Source of the DNA: Syntrophales bacterium | GTDB taxonomy: Bacteria > Desulfobacterota > Syntrophia > Syntrophales > PHBD01 | Direction: 5' to 3' | Assembly (NCBI GenBank): GCA_963668175.1 | Contig: OY764159.1 | Location: 3,072,001 to 3,136,000 of the forward strand | Length of the DNA: 64,000 nt | Position numbers and translations under genes: made by a program | Notes under the pieces: model-generated | The model's input: the letters and a program-made list of their open reading frames with translations, nothing else | Told to the model about the DNA's origin: nothing | The model's database searches: none | In this document: one piece after another, positions 26,951 through 36,036 of the stretch | Layout: every line of letters starts with the position of its first letter | How positions within the stretch are numbered: position 1 is the stretch's first letter

Positions 26951-29167
26951 ATGTTCGCACGATGGGGTTGGATATTGATGCTGTTTATGATGGCTTCCCC
27001 GGCATTCGGGGTTGAGAGGGCGGCGGCCAAGACGGAGGGGAAGGACGGAACCAGGATGGAAGAAATCGTCGTCACGGCGACCAGGACGGAAAAGGAACTG
27101 GACACCGCTCCCGGCAGCGTGAACGTCGTGACGAAAAAGGACATTGAAAAGAGGGGAATGCAGACGCCGGACAGCGCCCTGAATACGGTCCCCGGCGTCT
27201 TCAATAGGCGGCAGTCGCTCGCGGATACGCTGTCGAGCATCTCGCTCCACGGCATCCCCGAGCAGAAACGGACCCTGATCATGAAGGACGGCATTGGGAT
27301 CAACAACGCCTACGACGGCGGCGTGGTCTATACGGGCCTGCCCCTGGAAGACGTGGAACGGATCGAGGTCGTGCAGGGCCCGTTTTCCAGCTTGTACGGC
27401 GGTTACGCCATGGGAGGCGTCGTGAATATCGTCACCCGCATGCCGGAAAAGCGGGAAATCGTCGCCAAGGCCGGTTACGGTTCAAGCTGGCACCGGGGGG
27501 AAGCGCCGGACGATCTCCAGAGATACTATGTCTCCTACGGCGACAGGTTCATGGACAAGTGGAGCATCCTGGCAAGCTACGGCTACCGCGGCACCAACGG
27601 CTATTCGAAGGATATCAACGTCCAGTCGTCGAAGCCCACTGCCGGCATCGCCGGCTGGTCTTACACCGGCACGACCGCCGGCGACACCCGTTACGCCATC
27701 GGCGACAAGGGAGACAACGCCTTCTGGGACGACAACCTGAACCTCAAGACACGCTTCGACTTCTCGAAGGCGACGAAGCTGGACCTCTCCTTCATGCGGA
27801 CCCGCTACAAATACAGCTACGACGAACCCCATACGAACCTCAGGAACGCCGCCGGCAATCCCGTCTACGCCTACGGCACGGTTCGGGAGAACAGTTTTCT
27901 CAGCGGCTTCGGCGGCAAGGAGATCAACCGCTACAACGTCGGCTACGAAACGGAATTCGGCCCGGTGAAGACAAAGTTCACCGCCGGTCTGAACGACGAG
28001 GAGAAATCGTGGTACACGACGCCCAACAGCAGCGCCCCCTACGCCACGATCAACGACGGCCCCGGCAAGGTCTCCACAAGCCCCAACCAGAATTACAATG
28101 CCGACCTCCAGTTTACCTTCCCCGTCTTCGGCCGGCAGGTCGTCACGGTGGGAGGGTCCGTGAAGACAAACACCGTCAAGGTCGAGGAGTTCAGCATCAA
28201 CAACTGGAAGAACGAGGACTCCCGGACCGCCCTCACCTACAATGCCGGAGGCAAGGACCGGACCTACGCGGTCTTCCTCCAGGACGAGATCATGATCCTC
28301 CAGAACCTCACCGCCTATGCCGGGTTCCGGGAGGATTTCTGGGAGACCTACGACGGCTACGCCAACCAGTCGGACTCGCCCGGCTACCCGAAGGCGTACG
28401 ATTCGAGAAGCGCGTCGTCGTTCAGTCCGAAGCTGTCCCTCGTCTACAAGCCCCTGGAGAAGACGACCCTTCGAGCATCGGCGGGCCAGGCCTTCCGGGC
28501 GCCGTCCGTCTACGAGCTTTACCGGACTTGGACCTCGACCACAGGCGTCACCTACAACGGCAACCCGGACCTGCAGCCGGAAACGGTGCGGTCGTGGGAC
28601 GCCGCCGTGTCGCAGGGCCTCTGGAAAGGGGCGAAGGTCGGCGCCACTTACTTCGAAAACTATCTCTATGACCTGATTTACCGGAAGACGACATCGGCCA
28701 CGCAATCGGACTACATCAACGCCGGCCGGGCCAAGAGCAAGGGCGTCGTCCTGGAAGCCGAACAACGCTTCGACAAATGGCTCAAGCTTTTTGCCAACTA
28801 CACCTATACGGACGCACGGATCAACGAGAATACGGCGAGCCCCGCCTCGGAGGGAAAAAGGATGACCTTCATGCCCGACCATCTGCTGAACGTCGGAGCG
28901 GAATTCGAAGCGGGCCCCGTATCGGCGTCCGTCACGGGCCGGTACGTCGGCAAGCGTTACGGCAACGACACGAACAGCGACCAGGTGAATGGCGTCTACA
29001 CATCCTACGACCCCTTCTTCACCGCCGATGCCAAGGTGTCCTGCAAGATCATGAAGTTCGCCACGGTATCCGTCTCCATGGAAAACATCCTGGGCGAATC
29101 CCATTTCGAATATTACCAGGCCCCCGGCAGGTCGGTCTTCGCCGAAGTGGAATGGAGGTATTTTTGA
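26951..29167 (+). CDS. TonB-dependent outer-membrane receptor
   Basis: Signal peptide, TonB box EEIVVTATR, ERIEVVQGPFSSLYG plug motif, GNPDLQPE, C-terminal Phe. Confidence 0.93.
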   Translation: MFARWGWILMLFMMASPAFGVERAAAKTEGKDGTRMEEIVVTATRTEKELDTAPGSVNVVTKKDIEKRGMQTPDSALNTVPGVFNRRQSLADTLSSISLHGIPEQKRTLIMKDGIGINNAYDGGVVYTGLPLEDVERIEVVQGPFSSLYGGYAMGGVVNIVTRMPEKREIVAKAGYGSSWHRGEAPDDLQRYYVSYGDRFMDKWSILASYGYRGTNGYSKDINVQSSKPTAGIAGWSYTGTTAGDTRYAIGDKGDNAFWDDNLNLKTRFDFSKATKLDLSFMRTRYKYSYDEPHTNLRNAAGNPVYAYGTVRENSFLSGFGGKEINRYNVGYETEFGPVKTKFTAGLNDEEKSWYTTPNSSAPYATINDGPGKVSTSPNQNYNADLQFTFPVFGRQVVTVGGSVKTNTVKVEEFSINNWKNEDSRTALTYNAGGKDRTYAVFLQDEIMILQNLTAYAGFREDFWETYDGYANQSDSPGYPKAYDSRSASSFSPKLSLVYKPLEKTTLRASAGQAFRAPSVYELYRTWTSTTGVTYNGNPDLQPETVRSWDAAVSQGLWKGAKVGATYFENYLYDLIYRKTTSATQSDYINAGRAKSKGVVLEAEQRFDKWLKLFANYTYTDARINENTASPASEGKRMTFMPDHLLNVGAEFEAGPVSASVTGRYVGKRYGNDTNSDQVNGVYTSYDPFFTADAKVSCKIMKFATVSVSMENILGESHFEYYQAPGRSVFAEVEWRYF

Positions 29168-29214
29168 AGCCCGGAGATGTTTGGAATGATCCATTCAGCA
29201 GGAAGGTGCTTGAC

Positions 29215-30579
29215 ATGATTATCTTCGATTCCTTCAGCTTTACCTATCCCGGCATGGACACGCCTGCCTTGCGGGACATCAGTCTCCGGATTGAAGAAGG
29301 TGAGATGGTGTTGTTGCGCGGCCCTTCGGGATCGGGAAAATCGACCCTGCTTTACGCTTTAAACGGCTTGATTCCCCATGTGTTTGCCGGAAAGACCCAC
29401 GGAGACGTCCTGGTGAACGGGCTGAACCCGTCCGGCGTACCTGTACGGGAGATGGCGCGCGTTGTGGGAACGGTCTTCCAGAATCCGGAAAGCCAGATAT
29501 TTATGATGCGCGTGGCAGACGACGTCGCCTTCGGCTGCGAAAACCTGCTTATGCCTCGTGAAGAGATTATCAGCCGCCGCGACATGGCCCTCCGCGCCAT
29601 GGACCTGTGGCATCTGCGGCATCGGGAAACAGCCAGGCTTTCCGGAGGACAGAAACAGCGCCTGGCTGTCAGTTCGATTTATGCCATGGGGCCGGGCGTT
29701 TTCCTGTTCGACGAACCCTCCACAGACCTGGACGACGCGGGAAGGCTGGACTTTAAAAGGATTATCGCAAGACTGAAGGAAGAAAAGAAGACCGTCATCC
29801 TGGCGGAGCATCAGTACGAAGATTTCCTGCCACTCATGGACCGCGTGATAACCTTCGCCGGAGGCGCTATCGCCGGTGAAAGTGACCTCAACGGCGCCTC
29901 CGCCGACGCATCGGGAAGAACCGCAACTTACAGTGGCCTTGCGATATCCTTGCAGGGTATCCATTGCGGCTATGAGCCGGGCAAATCCGTACTCTGCGAC
30001 ATCCATTTGACCGTCGGGCGGGGCGAATTCGTGGCGCTCTGCGGCGCCAACGGGTCCGGCAAGACGACGATCCTGAAAGTCATGGGGGGACTGCTCAGGC
30101 CCAACAAGGGGACAATGACGATTCTTGATGTCCGCCGACCAACCGTCGATGCCCTGGTGGGACGCGTGGGCTTTCTCTTCCAGAATCCCGACGAGCAACT
30201 CTTCTCCCGCACGGTCGCGGAAGAAATTGCCTTCGGACCTTCCCAACTGGGAAAGAGGGCTGACGTGGAGCGCTATCTGGAAATCGGCGGACTGAAACAT
30301 CTCAGACACCGCCATCCGCAAACGTTGTCGCGCGGACAGAGGCAAATCCTGGCGGCGTTATCCGTCATGGCGATGGAGCCGGACCTGTTGCTCCTCGACG
30401 AGCCGACCACGGGCCTCGACGGCGAAAGCTGGAAACGTCTTTTATCGCTTCTCCGCAATTACGCCGACACCGGGAAAACGGTCGTCTTCTCGACGCATAA
30501 CAAAACAGCGGCAGCAGCAGCGCTGCGCAGGATAACGATGCACGAAGGGAGAATCATAGGCGATGAAGTATCTCGATAA
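29215..30579 (+). CDS. ECF transporter ATPase with duplicated ABC domains
   Basis: Two Walker A motifs (GPSGSGKST, GANGSGKTT), two FQNP Q-loops, LSGGQKQR / LSRGQRQ. Confidence 0.9.
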   Translation: MIIFDSFSFTYPGMDTPALRDISLRIEEGEMVLLRGPSGSGKSTLLYALNGLIPHVFAGKTHGDVLVNGLNPSGVPVREMARVVGTVFQNPESQIFMMRVADDVAFGCENLLMPREEIISRRDMALRAMDLWHLRHRETARLSGGQKQRLAVSSIYAMGPGVFLFDEPSTDLDDAGRLDFKRIIARLKEEKKTVILAEHQYEDFLPLMDRVITFAGGAIAGESDLNGASADASGRTATYSGLAISLQGIHCGYEPGKSVLCDIHLTVGRGEFVALCGANGSGKTTILKVMGGLLRPNKGTMTILDVRRPTVDALVGRVGFLFQNPDEQLFSRTVAEEIAFGPSQLGKRADVERYLEIGGLKHLRHRHPQTLSRGQRQILAALSVMAMEPDLLLLDEPTTGLDGESWKRLLSLLRNYADTGKTVVFSTHNKTAAAAALRRITMHEGRIIGDEVSR

Positions 30580-31354
30580 CGACACCTTCATTCACCGACT
30601 GGACCCGAGGACCAAGATCGTCCTGGGCCTTCTGGGGGCCGTGTCTCTCGTCACGCTGAAGACGCCGCTGAGCCTTGCGCTCCTTTTCCTGTGCGTTTTG
30701 GTCTTTTTCGCCGTTGTCCGCCCGCCCCGCAAAACGATATGGACCACAGCTATGATTATGGCCACGGCACTCTGTTTCACCATGATATCTCAAGGATTCT
30801 TTTACGGGCTCCATCCCCGGACCGCAATCCTGACGCTGGTGCCGCCGGACGCAGGGATCGCCGGCCGCATTACGGGAGGCATCGTTCTGTATCGGGAAGG
30901 CCTGGTCTACGGGGCGCTTCAGAGTCTCAGGCTCTTTTCCGCCATGCTTTTGAGCTCCATTATCGTCATGTCCACCTACCCTTCCGATCTTCTGCTCGGG
31001 ATGGAAGAACTCGGCGTTCCGGAAAAAATCGGATTTGTCGTCGCCGTCAGCATCCGCTTTCTCCCGACCCTCATCGAGGAGGCGGGACGCATCCTTCTGG
31101 CTCAGAAACTCAGGGGTGTTCATGCAAAAGGTGTCCGGGGCGGCTTCAGGGCCTTCCGCCATTTATTGCCGCCGCTTGTCATCGACAGCCTGAGGAATGC
31201 CCGCCGAACTGCCATCGCCGCTGAAATCCGCGCTTTTACGGGCAAGAGGACCAAGGTCACGGCGTTGAAGTTCACGCGAAACGACTGGCTGTTTCTCGCT
31301 TTTTCCATCGCCGGCATATTGATATTGATCTTCGGTCAGGAATTACAGTCATGA
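30563..31354 (+). CDS. ECF transporter transmembrane T component (CbiQ/EcfT)
   Basis: HRLDPRTK, SIRFLPTL..E...I..AQKLRG, second conserved Arg in EIRAF. Confidence 0.9.
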   Translation: MKYLDNDTFIHRLDPRTKIVLGLLGAVSLVTLKTPLSLALLFLCVLVFFAVVRPPRKTIWTTAMIMATALCFTMISQGFFYGLHPRTAILTLVPPDAGIAGRITGGIVLYREGLVYGALQSLRLFSAMLLSSIIVMSTYPSDLLLGMEELGVPEKIGFVVAVSIRFLPTLIEEAGRILLAQKLRGVHAKGVRGGFRAFRHLLPPLVIDSLRNARRTAIAAEIRAFTGKRTKVTALKFTRNDWLFLAFSIAGILILIFGQELQS

Positions 31355-31971
31355 ATCTCTACATCGGCTCCGTCATCTTCATCGCCCTTCTGGGGGCCGC
31401 CGCGTTCCATCTCATGAAGACGCGCAAGGCGATTCCTGCCTTCAGCATCCAGGACCTGGTCATTGCTGCGCTTTTTTGCAGCCTCCTTTATATAGCCATT
31501 CTGCCGTTCAAATTCGGCCTGAGCCGCATACCCTTCGTCCAGTCCTTTTTCTTTTCCATACCGTACACGGCCGTCCTGTTCATAGGCATCCGTCTCATTC
31601 CCCGGCCGGGAACCGCCACGCTCATCATCTGCGGCCATACCCTCCTGTCCCAGACGATTTCCAGCGGCATCAATCCGCTCTGGTGGCCCTACGCTCTCCT
31701 GCCGAGCTGCATCCTGGAACTCTATTTCCTCGCGACGGGGAATTATCTGGAAACTGTGGGCAATGCCCTGGGGGCCGGCTTCCTGCGCGGCTTGACCGTT
31801 TACATCTATTTCTATTGCTTTTCCGCCCCCTTCATCTGGCACCAGTTTTATGCGCCCTGGTACATCGCCGTCCAGACGGTGCAGGGTACAGCAGGTTCCA
31901 TGATAGGGGCCCTGCTCGGCGTGTATCTGGGCAAACCGATCATCAGCGCCTCCCGTTACGGGGGAATCTAA
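31351..31971 (+). CDS. Probable ECF S component (MptD-like) membrane protein
   Basis: Highly hydrophobic ~200 aa, IPRPGTATL loop, directly after ECF A and T genes. Confidence 0.7.
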   Translation: MNLYIGSVIFIALLGAAAFHLMKTRKAIPAFSIQDLVIAALFCSLLYIAILPFKFGLSRIPFVQSFFFSIPYTAVLFIGIRLIPRPGTATLIICGHTLLSQTISSGINPLWWPYALLPSCILELYFLATGNYLETVGNALGAGFLRGLTVYIYFYCFSAPFIWHQFYAPWYIAVQTVQGTAGSMIGALLGVYLGKPIISASRYGGI

Positions 31972-31984
31972 GGAAGGATACGTC

Positions 31985-32722
31985 ATGGCATTCTACAAAG
32001 TCACGTACAACGAGCATCACGGTTTTGCCACTGTTCACAATTACGGCTGCACGTTCCGCTGTCCCACTTGCAGCTATAAGCTTCGCAGCGGCCCCGACGG
32101 AAAGCCCGGCCGGGCTCATCCCAGACCCGGCCTGTTTCTGCGGACAGCGGAAATCAAAGAAACCCTTCGTGCCCTGCCCATCAGGAACCTCTATTTCATG
32201 GGCGGAGAACCCACGGTCGCGAAGGATTTGCCCGAACTGCTGCGCTTCGCCAAGGAAGACCTCGGAATCAGGACGAAACTTGGCCATACCAACGGCAACG
32301 GCATCCCCCTCGCCCATCTGGACGGGGCTAACGTCGGTCTCAAGGCGTGGGACGAGGAACTTCACAAGACCCTGACCGGCCGGGCGAAGGACTTTATCTT
32401 TGATAACGTGGCCGCTGCATACGAAACGGGAATCGAACTCAAGATCAACATCGTTTATATTCCGGGGCTTGTGGATATCGAAGAGATCGAGGGCGTCGCC
32501 TCCTGGATAGCCTCCCTTGACCGCGACATACCCTTTCATATCATGGGTTATATCCCCGTTCCCGGACAGCCCTACGAGCAGCCGACAGCGGAACAGATGG
32601 CGAAGGCCGAACTTCGCTCCGGTCTGTATCTCCGGGATGTCGGGAGTTCCAGGCTTTCGCCGGGACAGGCCCTCGACTTGCCGGACAGGGACAGCCGTTT
32701 TGCCGTTACCCGGGTCTTATAA
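31985..32722 (+). CDS. Radical SAM protein (short, activating-enzyme-like fold)
   Basis: GCTFRCPTC (CxxxCxxC), FMGGEPT, HTNG, VGLKA. Confidence 0.88.
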   Translation: MAFYKVTYNEHHGFATVHNYGCTFRCPTCSYKLRSGPDGKPGRAHPRPGLFLRTAEIKETLRALPIRNLYFMGGEPTVAKDLPELLRFAKEDLGIRTKLGHTNGNGIPLAHLDGANVGLKAWDEELHKTLTGRAKDFIFDNVAAAYETGIELKINIVYIPGLVDIEEIEGVASWIASLDRDIPFHIMGYIPVPGQPYEQPTAEQMAKAELRSGLYLRDVGSSRLSPGQALDLPDRDSRFAVTRVL

Positions 32723-32727
32723 CCCAT

Positions 32728-32808
32728 GCCGAATATCTCGCCACACTCGGGGCGGACTATTACGGCATCGACGACCTGAAAGCCGATCATCTGACGGACA
32801 TCGTCCGG
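32728..32808 (+). pseudogene. Remnant resembling the C-terminus of a ChlD/BchD-type chelatase VWA subunit
   Basis: Translates as AEYLATLGADYYGIDDLKADHLTDIVR with no start codon or RBS of its own. Confidence 0.5.
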
Positions 32809-32891
32809 GCCAGGATAACGGACGCCGACGCCATGCTGGTCTGGAGCGGAAGCGGCTCCGTTTGGTCTCTGTCGATAGAAGGAACGATGCC

Positions 32892-33731
32892 TCACCGGGA
32901 GTAAACGTGCCCCGCCAGTTCCTCCATGCCGGCAACGACCCGGGGACCGACACGGTACAGGGACTCGCTGACCGGGTAGACCCTTCCCTTCTTGACGGCG
33001 TCCAGCATGGACAGCTTTTTCAGCATGCCCTGCGCGGAGCCGCTCGTCATATAGCCTGTCCCGATGAAGATGACGTCGGGGTCGAGGCGAATGACCTCCT
33101 CGATGGAGAATTTAGGATACTGGACGGATGACCTGCCCGCAACATTCCGCAGGCCGAGGAGGCCGAACGCCTCGTCGATCAACGTTCCCGGCCCGGCCAC
33201 GACCAGGGGCTCGGGGTGAATGACGAACAGGACTCTGGTCTTGCCTGTCCTTTTGGCCGCCCGGTTTTTGGATGTCTGCGCGAATTGTGCGACACCTTTC
33301 TCTATCGCCCCGGCCCGCCTTTCGGCGGTCTCGGCCACATCCAGCGCTCTCCCGAGGTCCCGCACGGCGGAAGGCAGCTCCGAGAGCCGCCGCGCCCCGA
33401 AGACATACGTCCTGATGCCGAGCTTGTTCAGTCTCTCCCGGATATGGCCGGGATTCTTCTCCTTCGTCATGATCACCAGGTCGGGATGGACGGCGACGAT
33501 GGCTTCAAGAGACGGGCTGTCGTAGCCGCCGATCCTGGGCTTGGTTCTGGCACGGGGCGGCTCGTCGCAGTATTCCGTCACACCGACGATACGACTTTCC
33601 ATTCCCAAATCGTAAAGGATTTCCGTAACGCTGGGCGCAAGGGAGACAATCCTCTCCGGCGGCGCGGCCGGGGAGGGAGAAGCAAGAAAAAGACCGATAA
33701 CGGCAAGGATAAGACCCTGGATGAATTTCAT
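32892..33731 (-). CDS. btuF: Cobalamin ABC transporter substrate-binding protein
   Basis: Signal peptide; RIVSLAPSVTEILYDLG, VGVTEYCD, YPKFSIEEVIRLDPDVI; context. Confidence 0.85.
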   Translation of the reverse strand: MKFIQGLILAVIGLFLASPSPAAPPERIVSLAPSVTEILYDLGMESRIVGVTEYCDEPPRARTKPRIGGYDSPSLEAIVAVHPDLVIMTKEKNPGHIRERLNKLGIRTYVFGARRLSELPSAVRDLGRALDVAETAERRAGAIEKGVAQFAQTSKNRAAKRTGKTRVLFVIHPEPLVVAGPGTLIDEAFGLLGLRNVAGRSSVQYPKFSIEEVIRLDPDVIFIGTGYMTSGSAQGMLKKLSMLDAVKKGRVYPVSESLYRVGPRVVAGMEELAGHVYSR

Positions 33732-33841
33732 ATCGATTATGCCATGTTCTGCCTTGAGCTAGACGTTCGGGACGTCCCTGTCAAGCAAAAAGAATGAAAA
33801 AACGATTGACAGGCCGTCGAAATGCACATATGAAAGCGTCA

Positions 33842-33986
33842 GGATGGATGTGTGGAAGTAGGGTGAAACGCCCTCGCTGCCCCGCAGCCGTAACGGGAAC
33901 GAAAGCCCATGATGTCACTGCCGCGAGCCAATCGCGGTGGGAAGGCGGGCAAGTAGGCCGCCCGGAGCCGGAAGACCTGTCCATCT
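33842..33986 (+). ncRNA. Cobalamin riboswitch
   Basis: GGAA..GGGTGAAA..CCC...CTGCCCCGCAGCCGTAA...CACTG...GGGAAGG...GAGCCGGAAGACCTG; closing helix GATGGA/TCCATC; upstream of btuC. Confidence 0.9.
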
Positions 33987-34010
33987 ATAAGTCCTCGAGG
34001 GAGGAAAAAG

Positions 34011-35063
34011 ATGGCACGTTTCATTTCTGGGAACTCATTTTTCCATTCAAGTGTCACCCCGAAGAAGGTATTCGGCCTAAGCGCCCTTTTCCTTCTGATC
34101 TTCATTATCGTGGCGTGCGTATCGCTCTTCGTCGGATCGAGCGGCGCCGGGATTTCCCTGCTCATCGACGCCTTCTCCGGCCGCTGGACGCACGCCTGCG
34201 AGAGCCTTGCCGATTCCGAAAAGACCATTCTGCTATCCATACGGCTGCCGCGCATCCTGTTTGCAGGGATCGTCGGCGGAGCCCTTTCCGTCGCCGGCGT
34301 CGTCTTTCAGGCCCTCCTGAGGAACCCCCTCGCCGATCCTTACATCCTCGGCGTCTACGGCGGCGCCGCAGCCGGGGCCGTCACGGGAATCATGCTGGGC
34401 GCCGGCCTGTGGCCCTTCGGCGTTCCGGGCCTGGCCTTTCTCGGGGCCGTCCTGACCATCGTCTTCCTCTTCGCCTTCGCGAACCGCGGCACGGCGATGC
34501 CTTCCCATACGCTTCTTCTGACCGGCGTCGTCACGAACGCCTTCTTTTCCGCCGTCGTCATGTTCCTCATTACAATCAGCAAAAGCACGGAAATACACGG
34601 CATCATGTTCTGGCTCATGGGAGACCTGAGCATCGCCGACACCGGGGACATCCTCTTCGCAGGGGCGCTTCTCGCCGCAGGCTTCGTTATCATCTATTGC
34701 TTCGCCCGCCCCCTCAACCTGATCGTCACGGGCGAAGAGACCGCCATGCAGCTTGGCGTCCCCGTGGAACGGACCAAAGCGGCCCTTCTCATCGTTTCGT
34801 CCCTCATGACGGCCGCCGCCGTCTCCGTGAGCGGCATCATCGGCTTCGTCGGCCTGATCATCCCGCACCTGATGCGGATGATCGTCGGTCCGGACCACCG
34901 GTTGTTGCTGCCGGCAGCGGTTCTCTTCGGCGCCGCTTTTCTCGTGGCCGCCGATACGATCGCCAGGACGGCGATGGCCCCGGCCGAACTGCCGGTGGGC
35001 GTCGTCACGGCGCTGTGCGGAGCGCCATACTTCATCTATCTCTTACGGAAAAAGGGGTTCTGA
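34011..35063 (+). CDS. btuC: Cobalamin/iron-chelate ABC permease (FecCD family)
   Basis: IRLPRIL, QALLRNPLADPYILG, GEETAMQLGV, GFVGLIIPH, ELPVGVVTAL.GAPYF. Confidence 0.9.
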   Translation: MARFISGNSFFHSSVTPKKVFGLSALFLLIFIIVACVSLFVGSSGAGISLLIDAFSGRWTHACESLADSEKTILLSIRLPRILFAGIVGGALSVAGVVFQALLRNPLADPYILGVYGGAAAGAVTGIMLGAGLWPFGVPGLAFLGAVLTIVFLFAFANRGTAMPSHTLLLTGVVTNAFFSAVVMFLITISKSTEIHGIMFWLMGDLSIADTGDILFAGALLAAGFVIIYCFARPLNLIVTGEETAMQLGVPVERTKAALLIVSSLMTAAAVSVSGIIGFVGLIIPHLMRMIVGPDHRLLLPAAVLFGAAFLVAADTIARTAMAPAELPVGVVTALCGAPYFIYLLRKKGF

Positions 35064-35065
35064 CG

Positions 35066-35896
35066 ATGGCCGTGCTCACCGTGGAAAACGTCTCTTTCCG
35101 ATACCGAAACGACTGGGTCCTCCATGACGTCTCTTTTACCGTCAATCCCGGGGAATTCATCGGCGTCCTGGGTCCCAACGGATCGGGCAAGACCACGCTG
35201 CTCAAGGTCATGGACGGCCTCCTCGAACCGCAGGAAGGTACGGTCATGATCGACGGGCGGCCGATCCGCAAAATGAGCCGGAACGAAGCGGCCCGAATCA
35301 TCGCCGTGGTGCCCCAGGACGCTGAGACGGTTTTTTCCTTCACGGTGGAGGAATTGGTTCTCATGGGCCGGTCGCCCCACCTGGGCATGATGAGCTTCGA
35401 GGGCAGCCGGGATTACCGCGTTGTCGCGCAGGCCCTGGAACTGACGGGTCTTTCCGGACTCGCCGGCCGCCGCCTCAATGCCCTGAGCGGCGGAGAACGC
35501 CAGCGGGTTCTGATCGCCAGAGCCCTGGCGCAGGAGCCCAAGATCCTTCTCCTCGACGAACCGACGGCCTTCCTGGACATCCGCCATCAGGTCGAGATCC
35601 TCGACCTGGCCGGAAACCTGAATAGGACGTCCGGCGTGTCCGTCGTCGCCATTACACACGACATCAATCTGGCGGCCTCCTACTGCAGCCGGATCGCCAT
35701 GCTGAAAGAGGGTTCCGTCCATTGCCTGGGGGCCCCCGAGGTCGTCATCACCGAGGAGCATATCCGCAGCGTTTACGGCATAGACGTTATCGTCGACAAA
35801 CACCCGGTGGCCGCGAGTCCGCGGGTCACCACGATTCGCTCATATCCTTCGGAGCAAGGAAGCCGGTTTGAGTCCGGCGCTGCCCCGCAACTGTAA
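35066..35896 (+). CDS. btuD: Cobalamin/iron-chelate ABC ATPase
   Basis: GPNGSGKTT, LSGGERQRVLIARALAQEP, LLDEPT, THDINLA. Confidence 0.9.
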   Translation: MAVLTVENVSFRYRNDWVLHDVSFTVNPGEFIGVLGPNGSGKTTLLKVMDGLLEPQEGTVMIDGRPIRKMSRNEAARIIAVVPQDAETVFSFTVEELVLMGRSPHLGMMSFEGSRDYRVVAQALELTGLSGLAGRRLNALSGGERQRVLIARALAQEPKILLLDEPTAFLDIRHQVEILDLAGNLNRTSGVSVVAITHDINLAASYCSRIAMLKEGSVHCLGAPEVVITEEHIRSVYGIDVIVDKHPVAASPRVTTIRSYPSEQGSRFESGAAPQL

Positions 35897-35996
35897 GCGG
35901 AACGAAATCCGCAACGGCCACTGGCCGCCGCCAAGGCGGCCGGGAAGGCGCGGAGAGTAGGCGAAAAGCCGCGAGCCAGGAAACTTGTCCGGAGGA
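35845..35996 (+). ncRNA. Cobalamin riboswitch overlapping the btuD 3' end
   Basis: GGAAGCCGGTTTGAGTCCGGC.CTGCCCCGCAACTGTAA...GCCACTGG...CCGGGAAGG...GAGCCAGGAAACTTG; closing helix TCCTTCGGA/TCCGGAGGA. Confidence 0.9.
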
Positions 35997-36036
35997 AAAA
36001 ATAACTTATTTCCCGCGGGGGAAAGGAGAAAAACCT

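Noticed and set aside
28777..29214. N-terminal extension of the ECF ATPase
   Set aside because: Overlaps the receptor gene in another frame; the ABC domain begins at ATG 29215
33794..35896. 700-aa ORF suggesting a large N-terminal fusion to BtuD
   Set aside because: The upstream part is an alternative frame over the riboswitch and btuC; the real start is ATG 35066
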